From NCBI GenBank assembly GCA_000165425.1, contig CT868119.1, forward strand, positions 496,001 to 560,000: a stretch of 64,000 bases of DNA, written 5' to 3'. Within the stretch, counting starts at the first letter, position 1, and each line of letters starts with the position of its first letter. This document shows, in pieces, positions 40,419 to 56,465 of this stretch. Origin of the DNA: Paramecium tetraurelia (taxonomy: Eukaryota). Made by a program: the position numbers and the translations under genes. The notes under the pieces are model-generated. The model made no database searches, was not told where the DNA came from, and saw only the letters and a list, made by a program, of their open reading frames with translations.

Positions 40419-40504
40419 TTATTAAATAAATTTAAATTTATAAATATAATTTGATTAATTCTATTGAAATTATTTTAAAAAAAAGATCTTTTTAAAATAT
40501 TACA

Positions 40505-42407
40505 TCAATCATGGTTACGATCACCATTTTGTTACTTACTATTTTTGACTTCTTAAAGTTCGCCTTGGAAGGTAGTATGTTAATTACCATTTTGATGATT
40601 GTTCTATTCATCATCTGAATCAGAATTACTATAATCAATTTATGTTAATTCATTTCGTTTTTACTTATGTAATTCTAATTCTTCTCTCTATTGTCTAATG
40701 CTATCATCATACATCTTAAAGTCCTGTTCCTTTTCATACTTGGACTTATTTTTTTGCAATTTCTTGGCTAGACGGATATCATCCTTTCTTTAATTGTATT
40801 TATAGATTAGAAATGGCTTGATATATTTCTCATCAAAGCCCTTGAAGAATTTCTCACTTTTATTTTTAAGTTTTTTATAGGCAGCTAAATCTTCCTGTAT
40901 AAAAGTCTGTCTAATTGCGTATGATTGAGATGATTAAGTCCTTGTCTAAGCAGTCGAATTCTCTTTTTCCATTCGTCTATACGCCCATTCACATACATAT
41001 TTCAATGTCCCACCATTAATTAAAGTAGTAAACACCACCATGTACAAAGAAGTAGTTTAGATAATTTTATAATAATCTTTCCCTCCTACATCCTATTCAC
41101 ACATTAAAGCATAAGCAACGACTCCTTTAATTAGGCCAGAATAAAAAAGGAGGAAGAACTCATACTTATTTATTCTCCATGGTCCTTTGGTTTTCATGCG
41201 TATACTATGAATATGATGATCTATTTACATTATCGCAAAACCATGAGCTAAAAGCATGGATGATAATTTGGCTACAGGAGAGAAAACAAAGTATTGAATA
41301 AGAAGAAAAGTATAAACTTGAGATTTTAGATTACTATCTTATTAGTCTTTAACTATAGCATTTTCAGTCACCATATATCCAATATAAAAGTAGATAATAG
41401 TTTCACTAATATAAGCTAGTGCTTTGATTGTAATCTTAGAAGAAGTCGCTGAAATTTTAGGTAAATTGTAGGTTTAATAATGTGATAGCATAATACCACA
41501 CAATAAAACGGCTAAAACTCCACAAAATCCTATTGCTTCACAAACACAAAATGCGAAATAAGCTATGTAAATAGTAAAGGCAGTAGCTACAGAGGAATGC
41601 TCAGATAGAAATCGAGATTCCTTTGTTATCCAAGTAGCCATACTGCCGACCAAGACTCCTACGATTAAACCTACAAGTAAGTTTGCGAGAATCCAGCCAA
41701 TAAAAATGAATACACTATACCATTCCCAATCACTCTTTGATTCACTTTAATCATGAAACTTTTCCACGGTCTTACTTATTGCAAACACCACGACGTCGTT
41801 TAAGATTTGCTCACCGAATATTATACTGTGTAACTTGGGTGCATGTTCAAATTCTAACACGCTTAAAGATACAGCACTATCTTTAGAGGAGATGCAGGCT
41901 GAGTAAAATGTGGATGCATACCTAGAATTGATAGGGGTGTTATTTTAACTATCTTTTGATGGCGGTATCCAAAAAATGGCTAGCATAAATAAAAAATTTA
42001 CTTGTGTTGGTTATTGAGTAATTGAGTGCTGCCAAAACGATGAAATTGAATATAGTTCCAAAAATACCATACAAGACCACATAGAAGAAGTTCTTCATAA
42101 AGTGTTGCTTATTTAAATTGTAGCCTTCCTTAAAAACTATGATGGGAAGCAAAACAAAAAAGAAAATTTCAGATGAATTATCATAGTTAACATTCTATAA
42201 TACTTAAAATTCAGTAATGACTCCAATTAGCAATCCTATTAGGATGGCAACCGAAGCTTCCCTCAATAGATTGTAATGTCTGTGTTCACAATATGTTTAT
42301 AACAAGGCTATTACTCCTAAAATGGTTGTAAAGGCGATGAAAATTCCTCCAGTTATTAGAGATTTTGTGTCTAAATTCGAGGCCTGTATGAAAGGTTGTA
42401 TCTCCAT
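40505..42407 (-). CDS. Na+/H+ exchanger (CPA1/NHE family)
   Basis: FFFVLLPIIVFKEGYNL, IFGEQILNDVV, SGLIKGVVAYAL, multiple TM helices. Confidence 0.88.
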
Positions 42408-42574
42408 AATTATTATAAATGAATATAGAATTTATAATCGAATGTTGTTATATATTATGTATTCAACACATGTTATTAAATTAATTATATTAAATTTGAG
42501 CTTATTTTTAAGTCATCTAACAAATTGAATTTCCATTACTCTATCCTCATATTTAAATAACTAAATTACTAACA

Positions 42575-44190
<1,616 letters not shown>

Positions 44191-44228
44191 CTAAATTATG
44201 ATTTTAATTAACTACATTTTATAATATT

Positions 44229-44919
44229 ATGTACTTCTCTGATAATGAATATTATTCCCTTGTCGAGTCAATAAAGGAACTTCACAATTTTACTGTCTTA
44301 CAACAACAATCCCTGACTGATAACACTAAGGTTTTGCTGTCTTTAAACAATTCGTATCAAAACAATGCCCAGGCCATTCTAAAATTACTACTCTAAGGAA
44401 TTGGACAAAAATCTCAAGAAAGAAGTGAAAAAATTTTAGAAATCGACTTAAGAGATTGTCCTGAGATAGTAACATATATGATTAATAGTGGTAGTTAGAA
44501 ACACACTTTTAAAATAGTTTGAATCAAATTTAAAACAAGAACAAAGAGATTATTGATAAATTATTAATTTGTTAATAGAAAATAGAATTTAGAGCAAAAA
44601 GATAGAAATGTTTGTAAAAAAATGCCTATTGGGAACTGGCTTTAAAGGAAGAGGTGGAAATAATGAGGAAAAAAACTCTATAACTAAACGAAGCATTACA
44701 ATAGGTAGAAATTTGGTATATTAAACTTTGGAATAGCATTCTATAAAAATATAACATGAGGAGAGGGTGAACTAGATGCCAGTGAGAGATTTGAACGATA
44801 ATTTTGAGTAGGAATCTTTAAATTTATTAAAAAATTTAAAAGATGATTATATAAAATAATTGAAATAATTGCAATAAAGTTAAAAAGTGATAAGACAATT
44901 TAATGAAGTTTTAGAATGA
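44229..44919 (+). CDS. Small hypothetical coiled-coil protein
   Basis: MYFSDNEYYSLVESIKEL...; reaches TGA at 44917-44919 with short introns. Confidence 0.55.
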
Positions 44920-44960
44920 ACAATTATTAAATTCCTTTTTTATTATTAATATTATAAGAA

Positions 44961-45607
44961 ATGGCGCTTGTCGAAGTGACAAACATAATCTTTGAAAATG
45001 AGTTGGCTTTATTCCAAACTCCCATATCTCTGCAAATAACTTTTGAAGTTCTAAATAGTTTACCAGATGAAATAGAATGGAAGTAGGAAATTAAAATTAA
45101 ATTAGCTTGATTTACATAGGATCTCCTTTGAGTGACAAATATGATTAAGTCTTAGATAATTTTAGCATGGGTCCCTTACAAAAAGGGTTAATGCAATTCA
45201 CGATAACAAGTCAACCTCCAAATTACCAATTAATCCCATCAAAGGAGGATTTGTTTAGTGTTTCCGCCTTGATATTGACCGCTAAATATCGATAAAAGGA
45301 ATTTTTCAGAGTTGGCTATTATGTGTATAACAATTACACCGAGGCAGAATTGATTGAAAACGAGCCATAAGTAGTACTAATAGATAGAGTTTACCGACAA
45401 ATATTGGGAAGTAATCCTCGGATAACAAAATTTCCAATTGATTGGGAAGGGTAATTAACTTAACTGTACGTTCCTCCAAGCAATCAATAGTTTATGTTTG
45501 AATCCTTGATGTCGCAGCAGTAGAGTGGTGTTGGAATGCAAACAGAGAAAAATGACTTAGTCTAACAAGGATCATAGAGTAGCATATTTACACAAAATTT
45601 ATTTTGA
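44961..45607 (+). CDS. ASF1: Histone H3-H4 chaperone ASF1
   Basis: ITFEVL...IEWNLIYIGS...YDQVLD...GP...EFFRVGYYVYNNY...PRITKFPIDW; one 23-nt intron. Confidence 0.95.
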
Positions 45608-45651
45608 ATGTTTAATTATTTGTTATAATTGCAAAAATATTTAGATAATTA

Positions 45652-46033
45652 ATGATCACTGGATATTTGCAGAATAAAATAATAGCGCAATCGAGTATTT
45701 AGGAAGTTCATGGAACAGATATGTTAGCCACCATGGGTAATTGGGATTAATATTTAATATAGATAGACGAACTTCGAAAATCTATATGGGTGGATAATCT
45801 CAATAGCAATTAAATCCATTGGATTTGGTTTAAATCAGTAGTGCATTACCGCAGTTCTCCTTTCAGCAAAACACTGATTAAAGATTATAGAATCTTTTAA
45901 ACTCAAATTACTAATAGCAGATATCGTAATTGGCCAGTCCTCCCAATATTGATTTGATCAATTAGATCAAGGTATTTGAACTCAATATTTTTAGGAATAA
46001 GCAAGAGTTGTGAGATTGCATTATTAGGCCTGA
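45652..46033 (+). CDS. Small hypothetical protein (~110 aa)
   Basis: Two canonical GTA..TAG introns restore a frame MITGYLQNK...ARVVRLHYQA*. Confidence 0.55.
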
Positions 46034-46092
46034 TTAATTTATGATATATTATAATATTCTAATATATAAATATTTTTAAATTATAATACCAA

Positions 46093-47626
46093 ATGGAATC
46101 TGAAGTACCTGAGAGTTATACAAAGGATGAGATCGTCTGGGCAAAGATAAGAGGATGTAAGTGGTACACATTATTTTAGACCCCTGGTGGCCTGGAATTA
46201 TAGCTGAAGTGATAAAAGAGAAATAGTCATCAGAACCTACAAAATATCTTGTCAATTTTATTGGAGATAACTCACAGTATGATTAACCTTTGAATAGAAG
46301 TTCCACATTACCTTTTTAAAGTCTTGCCAAATATTAGGAGAAGTATGAGGAAATAGTTCAAAAAATCAAGACTAAGCAACACAAAGATTCGGTCACAGCA
46401 GCAGATTAAATTTTGAAAGGGTAATCAACATATGAAAGTATTTAAATTCTGATATTAGTTGAATCAAAAAAAATCTCTAAGAAAAAGAATATCACTAAAA
46501 CAGTCAGTAAGCGTAAGAGAACAAGATCATCTTCGAGTGAAGAACACAGTGGAATATATGGATCATCTAGAAAATCGAAGATGGATTCCGAGGATATCAC
46601 TAAACCTGACAATTTCAGTTCAGAGATTTAGGAGTTATTGAAATTGATGGCTGAGACTAAATTGAATCCACACTAAATAGAAACTAAAATATCAAGTGTA
46701 TGATCAAGCAATTAAAATGATAGCTGACTCAAATTCTTGATTTGGATAGACCAGACATAATGGAAATATTATAGGGACCGAATGGAAAATTTTTAATGTA
46801 GATACAAGCACGATTGACTGATAAAAAGAGTCTTTCTTAAGCGCAGATCGATTTTACACAGCTCCTTGAGAAATTGAAATCAATTGTATTGAGAACGGTA
46901 ATACAGAAATGAAAAATCTAGTTTTTTACAGTATTTTGATCCAACCGAAATCATCCAGTAATTGCATTAAGTATCCGGTCAAAAGAAGATCACTTAAAAG
47001 TTATTAGAGAAATTGTCAAATCAGCCGAATTTCATTTTGGATTGTATCATAAATAAAGATGATTTTATAGCTGAAGATGATAGTGAAGAGTCAGATTCAG
47101 AGGAAAGTGATGGGGAAAGCGAGGAGGATGAATCAAGTGAAGAATCAGTGAAAAAGGGAAAATGTTAGAGACAGATTCCTATTACTAAACCAATTATTAG
47201 AAAAAAATAAACTTAAAATCAATCGCCTAAGAAACCCAGAAAATAGAGTCAGGATATTCCAAATCCTTTGCTAAAAAACAAAGTGGTTTAGAAGATCTCT
47301 GAGACTATTTCAGAATACATTGACTAGAGTATTCCAAAGAGAATAAGTGAAGATGTTGAGAGCAGGATTAGGTTGTGTGATTCAAATATGGGATTTGTAT
47401 ATAAGAAAAAATATCGTACAATTGTAGACAATATTAAAGTATGAATGTTCCTTCATTTTAGAAATAAACCAAACAAGACTTAATCAATTTGTTATAAAAT
47501 AGTTCAAATTCAGAATAGTTATGGAGTAAATATAATTTTTAATTTTTAGATCTTCTGAACGGTCATACACAAAGTATGAACCAGAGCGGCAACAAACAAA
47601 GTGATTATGAATAATAATATTCATGA
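46093..47626 (+). CDS. PWWP-domain chromatin protein with acidic tract and C-terminal TFIIS-central-like helices
   Basis: IVWAKIRGYPWWPGII...YLVNFIGD; D/E/S-rich tract; ISEDVESRI...YKKKYRTIVDNIK. Confidence 0.82.
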
Positions 47627-47700
47627 ATATGTTCAACTAATATTAATCAAAAATTGGTTTGTCTGATAATTAATTTAAATTCAAATATTATCTCAACTTC

Positions 47701-50700
47701 ATGGATATTTATTAACTATTGAGTTTTGATGGATTCAACAACACCTTGGAGATCATTCTTAACAAAGTAGCCTGCTAGAAGTTGCAATAGATACAAAACA
47801 ACCTTAATATTATTTGCATTATTGGATCTCAAAAGTCTGGCAAAAGTTGGTTATTGAATAAGCTCTTTATGCAGGGTTAAGGTTTTCAATCTAGCACCAA
47901 AGTATCAATCATAATAAACTCAAGGGGTTCTATTTTACCTATGATGGTTAATTGATTATAGATACAGAAGGCTTGGGTTGTGGTGATCAAAGAAAAGACA
48001 TGCAAATCATCCTCCTTGCTTCTCTTCTATCAAGTGTAGTAATCTACTGTGGTATGCTATCATAACCAATAAACCTTAGGCTATTCAGTCGAAGATTTTG
48101 AACTCATGATTAATCTTGAAGACTATGAGGATTTTCTACCTCCTTTTATTTGGGTTTTGAGAGACATACAAAATAAGGATGCCCTCTAGCCCAAAGAACT
48201 ACTTGAAAGATAGTTTAAATCACAAAATAGAGTGAAGAAACACCTACTTAAGCTATTCTCGGATTTTGTTACAGTTCCATCATCTAGCGAAAGTATCGAG
48301 TTCATAGACTCTATGGCTTTGCTAAGGAGAAAAGTGTTGAATTATGCAAAGCCAAAGAAAATCTATCAGAACATTTATTTGAATGGTCCACTTTTGGTAG
48401 AGATGATTTAGATGGTGGTTGCTAAATTCAACAGCAATTAATCGGTTGATTTAAGGCAAGTTACTGAAACCATAGTAGACAAGCAATCTACAGTTCTATT
48501 GAATGAAGCATTTAAAAAGTATGAGCAATCTATTACATAACTCAAATTGCCAACATGTTCATTTGAAGAATTGAAGAATCATCATAAAGATTCAGAACTC
48601 AAGGCTTTGGAATATTTGAAATCTAAAATCAATGACAAAGACTTAAATGATGATTTACATCAGATGTGCAAAGAGACATTCAAGGAGATTTGCAAACGAA
48701 ATGAATAAGAAGCTACCAATTTGTGCAATTAATTTATCAATTAAGAATTTTAAACTTTGCAAAAACGATTATCTGAATATCGAAGTATCTTAGAATTTGA
48801 GAGGGACATCAAATTGTTCTATTAATTTTTATTAGAGCATGGACCTAAAACTGTGTTAAAGCAACAAGTTTATTAAGAGTTTTATAATAAAATGATGACA
48901 GAAGGTACCAACATGTTCATTAAATAGTAAAATTAACAATAATAACAATAACAATAACCTTTATCTATAAAAAATGAAAATATCAATACAGAAAAGGATA
49001 AAACCATTAATGAATTGGTTTGTAAAGTTAAAGAATAAGAAAATAAAATTTATTCTTAATAATCATAAATTAAATTATTAGAGGAATAACTATTTTCTTC
49101 AGATAAATAATTAGAAATTTTATAAGCAGAAATACTTAAATAGAAAGAACTCCATCAATAGCAATTTAAATAATTTGAAAGAAATATCTATCTAAAAGAG
49201 TCAGAATTCAACAAAATGAAGGCACTTAATGAGTAAAAGATTCAACATCTAACAAAACAATTAGAATAGAGTTAGCGAAAAGAAACCTAAATGGATTCGT
49301 CATTTCTCTCAACTAAATCAGAATACACAATTTAAATTAGAGATGTCTAATAAAAATATGAGTAAATGATCACTTAATTATAAGAAAGACTGTTAGCATA
49401 AACTGACAAAACTTAGCAGCTTCAAGATCAACTAAATAATCTAGAACAATAAAATACTTAGACCTAATTTAAACTCTAGAGCAAAGAAAGTAAAATATAT
49501 GAATATCAATAATAAATTCAAATCCTGAAGAACTCAGTAATTTAATTGCCATAATTTGATAATTCTAACAATGAAGAAAATGAAAAATAGATTACTAAGT
49601 TGAAAGAGATTATCGAAACTCAGGAGTCACAATTGAAAGAAAAGACATCATAGTTAATACAATTAAAATCCAGTTTAGAAAGAGAACAAGCATTGATTGC
49701 TTAAGAGAAACAATTCTTGGAGATTTAACTCAAGGATCTTTCAGAACAATTAAAGCTTGAGAAGAAGAATCATGAATAAACTTTAAGTCTATTTGAAAGT
49801 TAGAATGATGTGAGTAAAAGCTAAGTGTTCTCTAAATAATATATGGAAATGAAAGACATGCATTTGAATGAAATGAAATAATTAGAACAAGAATTTGAAA
49901 TCTAAAGAAGAAAAATGTAATAATAGATTGAATATTTGAATTCAGAATTAAATAAAACTGAGAGTTAAGTATTGTATCAATAAAATGATTTTACAAGGGA
50001 ATTATAATAAGCCAAAACTTAGATACTTAATTATGAAGATAACATTTAGAGATTGAATAGAGAATTCATGTTATTAGAATAGTAAAAGACTAGAATCTAA
50101 AGAGAATTGGAAGAAAAATTGATTTTGAAAACAAGGAATCATCAATAAGAAATTGAGGAATTGAAAAAGTAGAATTTGAATGAATATAGATTATTATAAA
50201 ATAAAAATGAAGAACAAATAGCGTAATTAAGATAAATGTATGATTTGGAGAGACAAAAAGTTGAATAAAAGTTTATGGAAGATAGAAAGATTATGGAAGA
50301 AAAGTATAACTAGATGGTTGAGGAATTGGAGAATCAATTTGATAATAATTAAGATGAAGAAATTTCTAAGCTTTAGAAAAAGCTAAAATAAACAGACTTG
50401 TAATTGCAACAATTGTAATAACATTGGCAAAATGAAAATGATTTAAAATAAAAATAGATTTTAACCTTAGAATAAGTAAACAACTCTTTAAAAATATCAA
50501 TTTAATAATTTTAGGATGATTAATTGAATTTATAAAAGTCAGTGCAAGATTTGCATCAGCTCAATTAAATCAAGGAGGAAGAACTTAGTATTTTGAAATA
50601 ATAAGGATCGTATGAATCTTTGAATCATATTAAACAAGATTAAATAGAAAAAATGAAATAGAATAATTCCTTAGAAAAACAGAAGCTTACAGAATAGATT

Positions 50701-52031
50701 ACTGAATTAAGAAAATAATTAGATGATGCACAAGATGAAAATATTAAAATGAAAGTAGAATATGAAAAATAATTGGCATTAATTACATAAGAAAATGAAT
50801 TTAACTCACATAAATTAGAATAACTATAAACTCAATTATAAAACAATGAGTCTAAAAACTTTACTTAATTAATTAAGATTGAAAGCAATGTTGCTCAATT
50901 AACTCTAGAAACTGATCTTAAAGAATAACAGTAAAAATATGAAAAGTTAAGACAATAATATAAAGAATAAGAAATCAATAATAATAGGATAGTTGTTGAA
51001 TTGCAATAATAGGTTGAACAATTAAAAATCTAATTGTAAGAGGAGTAAAATAATTAATAAAAGAAGAATGTAAATCTTCCAGCCCAATAAAATAATGTGT
51101 AATCAAACACTTAACTCATTAATTAATTAAAATAATAAATTGAAAATTTGCAAAGTGAATTACAGGAACTGAAATCATTACATGAACGAGATACTTTATT
51201 ATGGGAAGGAAAATTTAAGTTCTTGCAATAATAAAAGGATTAATCAAAATAAGATTTACAAGAAGCCATGAAAAAGTTTGAGTTTACTATAAATCATCTC
51301 TAAAAAGCAAGATAATAGGATTTAGAGGAGGAGAGTAATTCTATTTCTGAAATGTTGGTAACTTTAGAAAAAAAGTATTAATTATAAGTTTTAGATCTTA
51401 CAGAACATCATTAAGCAATTATTAATGAATATACACTGAAGATTGAATAATTACAAAAAGAATTAACATTGAACAATATGTCAAACCAAAATTATCAGAA
51501 AGGTGATTTGAGTGACATTTCTTCTCTTTATGAAAATCAAATTGAATAAATCAAATTATAATATGAAACAAAAATTGAAGAATTATACTTAAATCAGACT
51601 GAAGAAAGGCAGATTTGGAGAGCTAAGTTAAGTGAAGCAGAAGAAAAGTTAAAAGAAGCAGAAATAAGAAGATCAACTATGGTATTTGAGCATGAGAAGG
51701 AAAGGGCTAAATGGAACATTGAAAAGGATGATTTGAAATATCAGAAGAGTGAATTGTAAGAATAGTGCTCGAATTTAGAATAACAAAAACATAAATCTGA
51801 TAAAAAAAATAAGAAGGTTGGAACTATAAGAACAAGATTAAGTCCCAATAAATCTCCTGGTAATTGTTTATTAATATCATAGGAACTTTTTCTAATGCTT
51901 CTAAGTTAGGACAGTCCTTTGATACTTTCTAATAAGCGAGTATGGAACTCCCAGAAGAAAATAAGTCGATTCATTTGAATCCTGGAGAATCTTTCGAAGC
52001 TTATTATTAAGCGTAAAAAAAGTTTGATTGA
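47701..52031 (+). CDS. Guanylate-binding-protein-like GTPase with very long coiled-coil tail (~1400 aa)
   Basis: P-loop GSQKSGKS, STKG, IDTEGL, LLSSVVIY, FIWVLRD, LNGP; then ~1000 aa Q/E/K coiled coil. Confidence 0.85.
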
Positions 52032-52095
52032 TAATTAATATACATTTATTATTCATGATATTTGTTTGAAAGCATTAATATTATCAATTTGAATA

Positions 52096-52559
52096 ATGTT
52101 GAGTCCATCTTATTCAGTTATTTCTCAGGTATTTGAACTTCTTAAGGCTTAAAGTTGTTTATATTAAGGGATCATTAATTAAAAAACCAGAACGATGATA
52201 GACAGAGTAATTAATAGAATTATCATTGAAAATCAAAGAAGGGCAATATAAAACTCATTTTCGCAGTCCAACGTCTGATCCGATTCTTTTCATTTAGGTA
52301 TGGTGATGATAAGAAAAGACAGAATAGTATTGATTTGCAAATACATTTGCCAAAAATAAACGAAAGGAAACTTAAACAACCCTCTTATAAATCATTGATG
52401 AGCAAATAGAGAGCATGTTGTTATAATAACGGCAATGGAATGAAGGATACAAATTTCAACCTCATATTAAGTACTAAAGAACAAACAACCTAAAATCAAT
52501 AGAAGGAATAAAAATGGATTTCGTCCCTGACCTTATAACCTTGGAGTATTAATTAATGA
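52096..52559 (+). CDS. Possible small low-complexity protein or relic
   Basis: Frames can only be joined with an atypical intron; 3' part ...LTLQPWSINQ* is open. Confidence 0.25.
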
Positions 52560-52819
52560 GTCTGATAAGGATTTAAAATAGTATGATCAATTAAATGAAG
52601 AGAAGAATGACAAGAAATTTTGAAGTGAGCGCTAATTCGGCTTGATTAATATGAATTTAACCCAGAATAAAGGTATCATAAGGTATGAAAGCAAAGGTAA
52701 TGATTACTTAGTTAGATATTAATGAAACTTTATTTGTTGATTTAATAACTTATATATATTAATATTTCAAATAAGTACTTTAATTAAATTCAACAATCAA
52801 CTTTATTTATTCCTTCAGA

Positions 52820-55800
52820 ATTTGAATGGCTAGATTGAAGAAATATATAGAATTTGGATCAAGGCTAAGAATATATGAAAATTTGAAATGATCATATTAT
52901 AAAAGATATTGTTGTTTTAAAATAACTAAATAATGTATTATTTTTATATCTGAATTATTTAAACATGATTTCAGAAGAAACGGGGAAGATAGAAGATTAT
53001 ATCTCGATCTTTAGAATTGAGTCAGCATTTTAAGACCTTATATAGCGAATTCAAAAGAAGATAAAGAAGTTTCAACATTTGAAAGATGTAATGGGTGATC
53101 CAAATCTATTAAAAAATATTCTAGAAAAAGGTAAACTTTCATTATATATTCTATCCTAAGGTTAGGATGGAGAATATAGGACGAGGAGAGGAAACAATCG
53201 AATTTAGAAGGGCGATAAAAAACTATATCAATGTAGAATCTGTAAAAAGACATATCCAAAATCATAACAACTGGGAGGACATTTAAGGAAAGGCCATCCA
53301 ATAGACGAGGGTTTAGAAGTTGGTTAACCTTGAAAAGAATGAGATAATAATATATAGATTTAAAAATAATTTTTCTATGCATTAAAGATTATCCAACTAT
53401 ATCCATGTGCTATCAGCAACATTATTAATTATTTGTGGTATCTTCAAGAAAAAATTGGATAGAATCTACTTTCATAGAAGGATAAGTCATTATGATAAAC
53501 CAAATTTTACATTATAATAAAATTTATTTATTTAAAATAAAGTCTATCTCCTTATTCTTACACATTAAGAGCACTAAGAAATCGACCAAGATTTTGATAT
53601 GAAGTTTTAATGACTTTTGAAACTCAAGAATAATTTAGACCTAATCATATTAATTCTAAATCTTTTTATTATAAAAGAAATTTGTTATAATTTTGATAAT
53701 ATAAATTATTATCAAATAATTTAAGGGGGTGACCATGATACAGTATTGGAGTATCCAATAAAATAGAGAGAAGACTTTCCTAATTCAGAAAGAGAATTAG
53801 TAGGCAGATCAGATATGCTCTATGGAATTCATTTGCATATAATTTGAATTTACTAGGTAAAGAACAAAGTAGTTTCACCCAAAGGTTAATTAAAATGAAA
53901 TGAATATTTTACATGTTTGATGGTCATAGTATATTCATCATTGGAAATCATGAGAAAAAAAATAATAATTGCAATTGATGCAATTTAGTAATATTTAAGC
54001 GAATTCCAAAATCCACCAAAATCGCCAGGATTGAGGCGAAACAATAGAAAAGAAAAGCAAGTGCTATTTCTGCTGTTATTGCTTATAGTATAATCATAAT
54101 ATCCATGTGTAAATAACTACTGAACAAAGTTAAAAACGGTTAAATTGGAAATCTAAGCGAAGAATTTGGCTTGGGAGAACTACGAATTGTTTTAAAGCCT
54201 TGATGAAAGTTAAGTATGGCTAGAGATGATTGAGAAAATGATAGAAAAATTAACGAAGAAGAATGAAGAAGGGTGATCAGATAGAAAATTAAGAAAATAA
54301 ATAAAACAATAAAAAGTAAAAAATTAGATTGAGAAATACATTAACCTTATTAGAAGAACTTTTGAAAAGCCTAATATGCAATTTAAATTAGATTTAGTTA
54401 GCATTTAGATCAATAATACTCTAAATGACTTCTAAGAATGATTTATAAATTTTGAGATAAAAAGTTGAAGTTGTGAATTAAATATACTAATTGATTAATT
54501 AAGGGTAGAAGAGGATTGTAACCAAAATGAGTATGAATCTAACACATTTTAGAAAGAAATAAGAATTGTTAACTAAAAAGTTAAAGTGATAAATTTATCA
54601 AAGAGAAGTAGTAAGACTGAGGAATTTGGTCTCCTAAAGCTCATAAATCTCTTTAACAATTGAGCTATTTGTGTAATATATTCAATAAATACCTTTAAAT
54701 TAGATTAACAGAGAATCTTTAGAGAAAAGGGTAAGAATGGAACCCTTTTGAATTAATTCAAAAAATTGCAGATACCTTGGCCGATTTGATATTCTAATGT
54801 GATAAAATCTATAGAATCAGTACAGAGCAAGCTGTATAACTCAAAATTCTAATTTAAAGTTTAAAGAATTAATGTTGATTTAAGCAATCTAGAAATTCAA
54901 CAGTGGGCAGTGATTGAATCATTGTTGAATCAAATTATATTTAAATATAGTTATTCAATCTTTATTTTCAAAGTTATCATAACTAATCAAATGTTGCGAC
55001 TCTACAAAAGATTAATGTTGATTAATTAATTGAAACATTAATTTTGAGGTCTAAGGAATTATCAAAACAATTACATAGTTGAAGACAAAGTTTGGGAGGA
55101 TATTTTAATTGAAGGAATGAGAAGTTGTCAGAAATAATAAATCACCTATCACAGTTATTGCAATATTGAATAAGTTAGAGTTAGGTGAGTATTAATCAAA
55201 TAGTTCTAGCCAATCAATTTTCTTATGGTACCCTTATAGACATAGGCGTGTATCTATTGTTCATTTGTTGATTAAATAAATCAGCACTTTGAATAGAAAA
55301 ATCTTATTGAAGATTTTCCTAACAATTAAACCCCCTTTTTATTCATTTTCACAAACTTCTCTTTTGGTATAATGATAGAAAGAACTAAAATCTCAATTGT
55401 CAGATATTTCTTATACAATAGTATCCATAAATAGATTGATGGGTGGAAGCTATATTAAGAGAACTCTTAAATCTATTCTGATTGTGTGACATTGAATAAT
55501 ATAAGGTAGTACTAGAAAATATGGTTGTTGATTAATAAATTTTGAATGATGGAGTATAAGTTCTTGAGAATGAAAAATAAAGTATTTTGGAGAAAATTAA
55601 GAGGTTTAATGAGACTTGAAAGTTGATGAGAGACTGATAACTTACAAAATAAGGTTACTGAGAGATCAAAGAAATGAGAAAACAGTTAGAAGAGCAAAAA
55701 GTTTTATACAAATAATAATAACCAAGAAATTCAATTTTGGATTTATTTTATGGAAGAAATGTTGTAAAGAGTAGAACTCTGTTGATCAAATCGCCCAATA

Positions 55801-56130
55801 ATTTAGATTAGGAAATAATTTCAATGAATTTTAAAATTGAGTATAAATATTGGAGTTGAATCCGTATTATTAAAGGAGAATTAAAAACTAAAATGATATC
55901 GATTGAGAGATGAAATACACTCAATAACTAAAAGAAATGAAAAACTGTAGTTGGAAGAGAAATTGGTTTAAATGAGAAAATTAAAAAATGAAATAATTAA
56001 GAAGTACGAAAAGTTTGATGGAGAAGTAAGGTAGCAAATTTCTTATTGAAGAAATGTGGAATGAAAATTACAAAATCAGTTTTGATGAATACTTCGTAGA
56101 GAATAATAGCAGTTTGAAAATATGAGTGAA
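52820..56130 (+). pseudogene. Long decayed gene (coiled-coil-like)
   Basis: 3.3 kb of GAA/AAA-rich coding-like sequence with short plausible peptides (e.g. FPNSERELVGRSDMLYGIH) broken by frequent TGA and frameshifts. Confidence 0.45.
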
Positions 56131-56153
56131 ATAAGATCATAATATATAAAAAG

Positions 56154-56465
56154 TCATTATAATCTTCTATTATAGGTCTGTTTTAAAATTGACCTTTTAT
56201 TTAATAAAGTCTAATTGTTTTCTGAGTCTAAACAAGGGTTTATCCATCCAATATTGGAGAGCCCTTTACATTTTAATACTTGTCTCTTAATGTACGTCAC
56301 TTCTGTATTTGGATCATAATTTAGTACAATAAGGAGTTCGTTAAATTTAATTTCTTTACTATTTCCCTCAAGAATGAAGGGCTCTTCTTCTTCTAGTGCT
56401 TATTTTTGGAGAAGATTCAAAGGTGTGGGCTTTAAAATGTTCCATGGTGGTGACTAGGAATTCAT
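56154..56465 (-). CDS. Small hypothetical protein (103 aa)
   Basis: Intronless ciliate-code ORF MNSQSPPWNILKPTPL...KRSILKQTYNRRLQ*. Confidence 0.6.

Noticed and set aside
48920..51200. TAA/CAA-rich quasi-repeats as a tandem repeat element
   Set aside because: They are Gln codons in the coiled-coil tail of the GBP-like gene
53038..53382. 114-aa minus-strand ORF
   Set aside because: Antisense to a purine-rich relic; no recognisable features
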